Source of the DNA: Candidatus Krumholzibacteriia bacterium
GTDB taxonomy: Bacteria; Krumholzibacteriota; Krumholzibacteriia; LZORAL124-64-63
Direction: 5' to 3'
Length of the DNA stretch: 64,000 nucleotides
NCBI GenBank assembly: GCA_036351155.1
Contig: JAZBOO010000163.1
Coordinates: 4,827 to 68,826 of the forward strand
The position numbers were made by a program, and so were the translations under genes. This document shows positions 58,223 through 64,000 of the stretch, piece by piece; positions within the stretch are counted from its first letter, which is position 1; the number at the start of each line of letters is the position of its first letter. The notes under the pieces were generated by a model that saw only the letters and a list, made by a program, of their open reading frames with translations, was not told where the DNA came from and did no database searches.

Positions 58223-59494
58223 TCAGTACTGGAGCTGGTCTTTTTCCCCCTCCCTGGCTGCGATCACCACGGCGCCGCAGCTGTCGCTCCAGACATTCAC
58301 CGCGGTTCGGCACATGTCCAGGATGGGGTCGATGGCCAGGATCAAGGCGATGCCTTCCAGGGGCAGACCCACCGCATCGAGGATGATGGAGATCATGACC
58401 AGCCCCGCCGCGGGAATGCCCGCCGCCCCGATGCTGGCCAGCAGGGCCGTCAACACCACCAGGAACTGGGCGCCCACTCCCAGCTCAACGCCGTAAGCCT
58501 GGGCGATGAACAGGGCGGCCACACATTCGTACAGTGCCGTGCCGTCCATGTTGACCGTCGCGCCCAGCGGCAGCACGAAGCTGGTCACACGGTTGCTCAC
58601 GCCGGCCCCGTTCTCCACGCGGTCCATGGTCAGGGGCAGGGTGGCTGAACTGCTGCGGGTGGAAAAGGCCGTCAGCAGGGCGGGCAGCATGTTCTGGGCG
58701 TGCTTGAGAGGACTCAAACCCCCGATGAGTCGGACCAGGAGGGGAAGCACGATGGCGGCATGAATGACCAGGGCGATCAAAACCGTCAGGCCATACTTGG
58801 CCAGTGGGGCGAAGGCGGCAAAACCGCTGCTGGCCGTGATCTTGGCCATGAGGCCAAAAATACCCACCGGAGCGGTGGCGATGACCCAGCCGGTGATCTT
58901 CATCATCACCGCAAACAGGGATTCCCAGAACCGAGCCTGGGGGACGGCCAGCTCCTCTGTCAGCTTGGTGATGCCGATCCCGAACAGCAGGCAGAAGAAG
59001 ATCAACGGCAGCATCTGTCCATCGGCGGCCGCCGCCACGGGGTTGGAGGGCACCATGCGCTGGATGATCCCCACCAGATCGCCGGTCCCTTTGCCTTCCA
59101 GCTGGGCGGCCAGTTCCGGCGGCGGAGCCTGCAGGCCCATGCGCTCACCCACAGCTTCCCCGCCGATGATTCCCGGCTGGATGAGGTTGACCAGGATCAA
59201 CCCGGTGATGATGGCCAGCAGGCTCGTGGTCAGGTACCAGCCGAAGGTGCGCCCGAAGAGACGGCCCAGTCCCCGGCTGGCGCCCACGCTGGCCACGCCG
59301 GAAATGATCGACCCCATGATCAACGGGACGATGACCATGCGCAACGCCCGGAGGAAAAGGGTGCCCAGGAAATCGAACAGGGCATAGGGGCGGAAGGCTC
59401 CGATGCTGAAATCTTCCGGGAACAGGAGCCCCGCTCCGACTCCGAGTACCAGGGCGATCAGGATCTGCCAGTGGAGATTGCTTTTCCGGTGCAT
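58223..59494 (-). CDS. Dicarboxylate/amino acid:cation symporter (DAACS/GltP family)
   Basis: LIALVLGVGAG, IISGVASVG, ...GTALYE..., IDPILDMCRTAVNV motifs. Confidence 0.88.
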   Translation of the reverse strand: MHRKSNLHWQILIALVLGVGAGLLFPEDFSIGAFRPYALFDFLGTLFLRALRMVIVPLIMGSIISGVASVGASRGLGRLFGRTFGWYLTTSLLAIITGLILVNLIQPGIIGGEAVGERMGLQAPPPELAAQLEGKGTGDLVGIIQRMVPSNPVAAAADGQMLPLIFFCLLFGIGITKLTEELAVPQARFWESLFAVMMKITGWVIATAPVGIFGLMAKITASSGFAAFAPLAKYGLTVLIALVIHAAIVLPLLVRLIGGLSPLKHAQNMLPALLTAFSTRSSSATLPLTMDRVENGAGVSNRVTSFVLPLGATVNMDGTALYECVAALFIAQAYGVELGVGAQFLVVLTALLASIGAAGIPAAGLVMISIILDAVGLPLEGIALILAIDPILDMCRTAVNVWSDSCGAVVIAAREGEKDQLQY

Positions 59495-59719
59495 GGACTT
59501 TCCCAGGATGGGGTGGAATCAAGGATCGGAAGACTGATCGGGCACGGAGATGTGGTCGACCTGGCGCACCTCCTGCAAGCTGACAGCATTCTACGGGATC
59601 CGGCCGGGGGCGTCAAAGGTGGGAAGCGGATCATTGCAATATGAAGGCATGGTGATAGACTGTGCGGAAATCAGCGATACCCGGAGATCATATTACCTGC
59701 CCCAAAGGAGCCCGCACTC

Positions 59720-61210
59720 ATGCAGTGGAGCGTCAACAGCACCCCCAGCGCAGCCACCCCGGCTGACTTGCTCGTGTTTCCCGTGTTTCAGAAAAACGAC
59801 AAGCCGGAAGTGAAGGGCCTGCCCGCGGCCGACATGAAGAAGGCGGTGGCTTCCTCGGGGTTCACGGCCAAGTCGGAATCCTTCCTCCCGTTGCACAGTG
59901 CCGCCGTCAAGGCGGGCTGGGTGCTGCTGGCGGGCGCCGGCAAAGCCGAGGAGCTGGGACTGGACAAGGTGCGCCGGATTGCGGGCCTGGCCGCTCGCAA
60001 AGCTCAGGAAATGGATGCGGCGCGGGTTCTGGTGGTGGTGCCGGAAGCCAAGCTGCTGGGATTCGACGACCAGACCTTCGCCCGCTGCTGGACCGAAGGA
60101 GCCGAAATGGCCCTTTCGCCCACGGGAATCCTCAAAACCGACCAGGCCAAGGGCCCGGGCAAGCCCAGAAGCTGGAAATTCCTTGCCGACAGCAAGCGTG
60201 CGACGGCCCTCCGGAAAGGTGTCAAGGAGGGCGAAGCCCTGGCGGCCGGGTGCCTGTTTGCCCGTGGTTTGGTGAACGAGCCCCCCAATATTCTGACGCC
60301 CAGCGCCATGGCCAGCCGCGCCCGGACCATGGCCAAGGCCGAAGGTCTGGCCATCAAGGTGTTGAACGTGGCCCAGATGAAGAAGCTCAACATGGGCGGT
60401 ATCCTGGGGGTGGGGCAAGGGAGCACCAATCCGCCCTGCCTGATCGAACTCACCTACAAGGCTCCCGGCCGTGCCAGGCGGCCTCATGTGGCCCTGGTGG
60501 GCAAGGGTGTGACCTTTGACACCGGCGGCATCAGCCTCAAACCCGGTCTGGGCATGGACCTCATGAAGAGCGACATGGGCGGGGCGGCGGCGGTGCTGGG
60601 CGCGGCGCTCATCGTGGCCCGGCTGAAGCTGCCGGTGGACTTGACGGTGCTGGTGCCGGCGGCGGAAAACATGCCCGACGGCAACGCTGTGCGCCCGGCC
60701 GATGTCATCACCATGGCCAGCGGCAAGACCGTGGAAATCCTGAACACCGATGCCGAGGGACGCCTGATCCTGGCCGATGCCCTGTGGTACGCGGGCAAGA
60801 AGAATCCCGACTTCGTCATGGATGCAGCCACCTTGACCGGTGCCTGCGTGGTGGCCCTGGGCAAGCACTTCGCCGGGCTGATGGGCAACAGCGGCGAGCT
60901 GATCGACACCCTGAAGCAGGCCGGGGGCGAGACCTTCGAACGGGTCTGGCACCTGCCCCTGGTGGATGAGCACAAGGAGATCATGAAGGGTACCTGGAGC
61001 GATCTGATGAACATCGGCGGTGGCCGCGAAGGAGGGGCGCTCACGGCGGCGGCCTTCCTGGCCGCCTTCGTGGACGAGGAAACACCCTGGGTGCATATCG
61101 ACATCGCCGGCCCCAGCTATGCCGAGGCCCCGTCTCCGACCTGTCCCAAGGGAGGAACGGGTTTCGGGGCGCGGTTGATGGCACGGGCCGTTCAGATCCT
61201 TGCCGGCTGA
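59720..61210 (+). CDS. pepA: Leucyl aminopeptidase, M17 family
   Basis: VGKGVTFDTGGISLKP, NTDAEGRL, catalytic-domain motifs. Confidence 0.9.
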   Translation: MQWSVNSTPSAATPADLLVFPVFQKNDKPEVKGLPAADMKKAVASSGFTAKSESFLPLHSAAVKAGWVLLAGAGKAEELGLDKVRRIAGLAARKAQEMDAARVLVVVPEAKLLGFDDQTFARCWTEGAEMALSPTGILKTDQAKGPGKPRSWKFLADSKRATALRKGVKEGEALAAGCLFARGLVNEPPNILTPSAMASRARTMAKAEGLAIKVLNVAQMKKLNMGGILGVGQGSTNPPCLIELTYKAPGRARRPHVALVGKGVTFDTGGISLKPGLGMDLMKSDMGGAAAVLGAALIVARLKLPVDLTVLVPAAENMPDGNAVRPADVITMASGKTVEILNTDAEGRLILADALWYAGKKNPDFVMDAATLTGACVVALGKHFAGLMGNSGELIDTLKQAGGETFERVWHLPLVDEHKEIMKGTWSDLMNIGGGREGGALTAAAFLAAFVDEETPWVHIDIAGPSYAEAPSPTCPKGGTGFGARLMARAVQILAG

Positions 61211-62582
61211 CGCGACCCTCGGTAATACGGACGAGCGCCTGGGCCAGGTGTCCAGGCGCCAACTGGCCGCCATCCTGACCACTCTGGCCACCCCGGTGGT
61301 GCTGGCCAATATCTCCCAGACCTTGATGGGGCTCGTGGACACCCTGATGGTGGGTCGACTGGGCGCCGCCCCGCTGGCTGCGGTGGGGGTGGCCACCCTG
61401 CTCTTCTCCGCCCTGGCCATGAGTCTGAAGAACGCCGATGTGGCGGCCCAGGTGATCACCGCACGCCGGGTGGGACAGGGGCGAGACCACGAGGTGGGTG
61501 CCGTACTGGCCACGGCCATCGCCGTGGTCACCGCCGTCGGCATGTTCTTGATGCTGGTGGGACTGCTGTGGCCGGATTTTCTGATGCGCCTGATCAGCAC
61601 CGACCTGGAAGTCCGCCGCCTGGGGGTGACCTACCTGCGCTTCCGCTATGCCGGGATGCTGCCGCTGCTGGTCTTTTTCATCGTCAAGGCCGTGTTCGAT
61701 GGGATTGGCTGGACCCGGATCGGCATGAGCGTGGGCATGGGCATGAACCTGGTGAACGTGGGGCTGAACTACGTCCTGATCTTCGGCAAGCTGGGGCTGC
61801 CGGCCATGGGCGTGGCCGGAGCGGCCCTGGCCAGCACCCTGAGCGCAACCCTGGCCGCGGTGGTCATCCTGGTTTTCATGCTGCGCTCATCGGTCCGGAA
61901 GAGGTTCAGGGTATTGTGTCGCACCAATTTTCACACCGACCTGATCAAGCCCTTCATTCAGCTGGGATGGCCCCCGGCTGTGCAGGCCCTGGGCAATATT
62001 GTGGCCCTTCTGTTGTTCTTCTTGATCCTGGGCAAAATATCCGTGCTGGCCGTGGCCGCCGGCAACGTGGTGATGCGGATCATGGCCCTGTCTTTCATGC
62101 CCGGCTTCGGGGTCAGCACCGCCGTACAAACCCTGGTCAGCCAGAGCCTGGGGCGCCGCGATGTCCGGGGCGCCCGCCGCGCCACCTGGGGTGGCGTGGG
62201 GCTGGCCGTGCTGTTCATGGGCGCTTTCGGGCTGGCCTTTGTGCTGGTGCCGGGTTTCTTTCTCCGTCTGTTTACGACCAGCGGTGAAATTGTCACCGCC
62301 GGGATCCCGGCCCTGAGGGTGCTGGGGCTGGTGCAGGTCATCGATGCGGTGGGTATCACACTGGCCGGGGCCCTGCGAGGAGCCGGGGCCACGCGCACGG
62401 TCATGCTGGTGGATATCATCGCGGGGTTCGGCCTTTTGCCTCCGTTGACTTATCTTTTCGGGGTCGTGTTCGAAGGCGGGCTGCTGGGCGCCTTTCTTGC
62501 CATGTTGACCTGGTTCACCCTGTACGCCGTGGGGATGGCCGGTCTGTATTTTCGCGGCCACTGGGAGAGGTTGGAAGTTTGA
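61200..62582 (+). CDS. MATE family efflux transporter
   Basis: 12 predicted TM segments with duplicated MatE halves (LATPVVLANISQTLMGLVDTLMVGRLG). TTG start overlaps the pepA stop; a later in-frame start is possible. Confidence 0.8.
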   Translation: MPADATLGNTDERLGQVSRRQLAAILTTLATPVVLANISQTLMGLVDTLMVGRLGAAPLAAVGVATLLFSALAMSLKNADVAAQVITARRVGQGRDHEVGAVLATAIAVVTAVGMFLMLVGLLWPDFLMRLISTDLEVRRLGVTYLRFRYAGMLPLLVFFIVKAVFDGIGWTRIGMSVGMGMNLVNVGLNYVLIFGKLGLPAMGVAGAALASTLSATLAAVVILVFMLRSSVRKRFRVLCRTNFHTDLIKPFIQLGWPPAVQALGNIVALLLFFLILGKISVLAVAAGNVVMRIMALSFMPGFGVSTAVQTLVSQSLGRRDVRGARRATWGGVGLAVLFMGAFGLAFVLVPGFFLRLFTTSGEIVTAGIPALRVLGLVQVIDAVGITLAGALRGAGATRTVMLVDIIAGFGLLPPLTYLFGVVFEGGLLGAFLAMLTWFTLYAVGMAGLYFRGHWERLEV

Positions 62583-64000
62583 ATCTGCTGGATGACGACC
62601 AGACGCCACGCGATGGCAAGAATATCCTGACGGTGCGTCAGCTCAACGAGGCCATCAGCGACGCCATGCGCGTGGCCTTCTCGTCCACCGTCTGGGTGCG
62701 CGGTGAGGTGCAGCGCTTGCCCCACGACGCGGCCCGGCGAACCCACATCTACTTCGAGCTCCACGAGACCGGACAGAGCGGGGCGGCCGAGTACCAGATT
62801 CCCGTGTCGCTGATGGGCTGGGACCGCAGTCGGTATGGCCTGGGCAAGTATCTCGACGGCAGCGATCCCGATTTTCAGCTGGCCAACAAGATGGAGGTCT
62901 GCCTGGAATGCCAGGTCGATTTCTACGCCAAGTTCGGCAAGCTGAGCCTGAAGATCGTGGGGATCGACAAGAGCTTTGCCCTGGGCAAGCTGGAAGCCCA
63001 GCGGCGGGCCACTCTGGAGTACCTGAAGGCTCAGAATTTACTCGAGCGCAACGCGGCTATTGCGCTGTCGGAAATACCGTTGCGAGTAGGTCTGGTGACC
63101 AGCCCCGACAGTGCCGCGGCGCACGATTTCATGACCGGGCTGGAGGGTTCGCCCTTCGCTTTCCAGGTCACCCTGCGGGGGGCCAAGATGCAGGGGCAGC
63201 AACTGCAGGCCGAGGTCATGGCAGCTCTGGCGGCCTTGCAGACCCAGGCCGTCGATGTCATCGTGATCACACGTGGGGGTGGGTCCCGGGCCGATCTGAG
63301 CTGGTTCGATCAGAAGGATCTGGCGGTGGCCATCGCCACCTGTCCGGTGCCGGTGATCACGGCCATTGGCCACGAGATCGACCGCAGCATTGCCGATCAG
63401 GTGGCTCATCATTTCTGCAAGACGCCCACGGCGGCGGCCGAGTTCCTGGTGGAGCGTCTGGAGATCGCCTCGGGCCGTGTGGCCAACGCCGCCGAACGCC
63501 TGGAGGAGATGGCCCTGGACCTGCTGGCCGATGCCCGGCGCCGCCTGGATGTGGACGCGGTTCTGTCCCGTGCGGTCCGCACCACCTTGCTGTCACGCAC
63601 TCATGGTTTTCAGCGGCTGGCCGGACGATTCCAGACCGTGGTTTCCCACCGACTGCGCCGGCACCAGCGGCTGGTGTCCGGCTACGAAGCGCAGCTGGTT
63701 TCGCGGGTGCAGCGGCGGGTGAGTCTGGCGGAAAAAGGCCTGCAGACCCAGGCCCTGAAGCTGAACAGCCTGACCCAGGCCTCCCTCACGGCGCGGTCCA
63801 TGCGACTGACCCAGGCGGTGACCCGGCTGTCGCGGGAGGCGATGCGTCCGGCCGAACTGGCGTCCACCCGCTTGAAAAATCTGGCATTCCAGGCCAAGTT
63901 GCTGGACCCGGCCCGCCTGCTGGCCCGGGGCTACACCTTGACCCTGGACGGTGAGGGGAAGATCATCTCCTCCGTGGACAAGGTGGCCGCGGGGGATCTT
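62579..64000 (+). CDS. xseA: Exodeoxyribonuclease VII large subunit (5' partial; runs off the window end)
   Basis: Not in the ORF track because it has no stop. TTG start overlaps the MATE stop. OB-fold N-terminus LTVRQLNEAISDAM...VWVRGEV, catalytic region GLVTSPDSAAAHDF, ITRGGGS, GHEIDRSIAD. Confidence 0.85.
   Translation, partial: MNLLDDDQTPRDGKNILTVRQLNEAISDAMRVAFSSTVWVRGEVQRLPHDAARRTHIYFELHETGQSGAAEYQIPVSLMGWDRSRYGLGKYLDGSDPDFQLANKMEVCLECQVDFYAKFGKLSLKIVGIDKSFALGKLEAQRRATLEYLKAQNLLERNAAIALSEIPLRVGLVTSPDSAAAHDFMTGLEGSPFAFQVTLRGAKMQGQQLQAEVMAALAALQTQAVDVIVITRGGGSRADLSWFDQKDLAVAIATCPVPVITAIGHEIDRSIADQVAHHFCKTPTAAAEFLVERLEIASGRVANAAERLEEMALDLLADARRRLDVDAVLSRAVRTTLLSRTHGFQRLAGRFQTVVSHRLRRHQRLVSGYEAQLVSRVQRRVSLAEKGLQTQALKLNSLTQASLTARSMRLTQAVTRLSREAMRPAELASTRLKNLAFQAKLLDPARLLARGYTLTLDGEGKIISSVDKVAAGDL

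Noticed and set aside
1-64000. Checked for CRISPR arrays, IS elements/transposases, integrases, prophage genes, toxin-antitoxin pairs and tRNA genes
   Set aside because: No direct-repeat/spacer arrays, no transposase- or integrase-like ORFs, and no T-loop (GTTCRANYC) containing cloverleaf candidates in intergenic regions. The window appears to be stable chromosomal backbone plus lineage-specific metabolic and envelope genes.

Overview
This is a high-GC (~63-65%) bacterial chromosomal segment with dense coding on both strands. I found no CRISPR array, IS element, prophage or tRNA.

The first ~28 kb is a conserved housekeeping backbone: the 3' end of a PiT-type phosphate transporter, a porin, RNase P RNA (rnpB), recJ, relA/spoT, dtd, maf, mtnA, rplM-rpsI, and the classical rpsB-tsf-pyrH-frr-uppS-cdsA-dxr-rseP block. 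These are followed by bamA translationally coupled (ATGA overlap) to tamB, then uvrD/pcrA.

The remaining ~36 kb is more accessory. It holds a secreted M1 aminopeptidase with a T9SS-type C-terminal sorting domain, a PAS histidine kinase paired with a receiver/HD-GYP regulator, and an LTA4-hydrolase-like M1 peptidase. A DUF485(yjcH)-actP acetate-permease pair sits divergent from a Cache/PAS-sensor DUF294 nucleotidyltransferase that is translationally coupled to a metallophosphoesterase. Further on are a Gfo/Idh/MocA oxidoreductase, a small secreted lamin-tail-domain protein, and an acyl-CoA dehydrogenase/thiolase/3-hydroxybutyryl-CoA dehydrogenase cluster. The window ends with a glycine-rich RRM protein, tcdA, a ~985-aa secreted M14-like peptidase, Fe/Mn-SOD, an OmpA-family protein, a DUF2752/Yip1 pair, a DAACS symporter, pepA, a MATE transporter and the start of xseA.

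The most novel-looking candidate is the sensor-nucleotidyltransferase/phosphoesterase pair beside the acetate permease. Other points of interest are a divergent CYTH-like protein in a phosphate context, a pseudo-receiver lacking the acidic pair, and two unrelated secreted proteins that share a C-terminal KSLYR motif. Many long antisense ORFs in the six-frame track are GC-driven artifacts.
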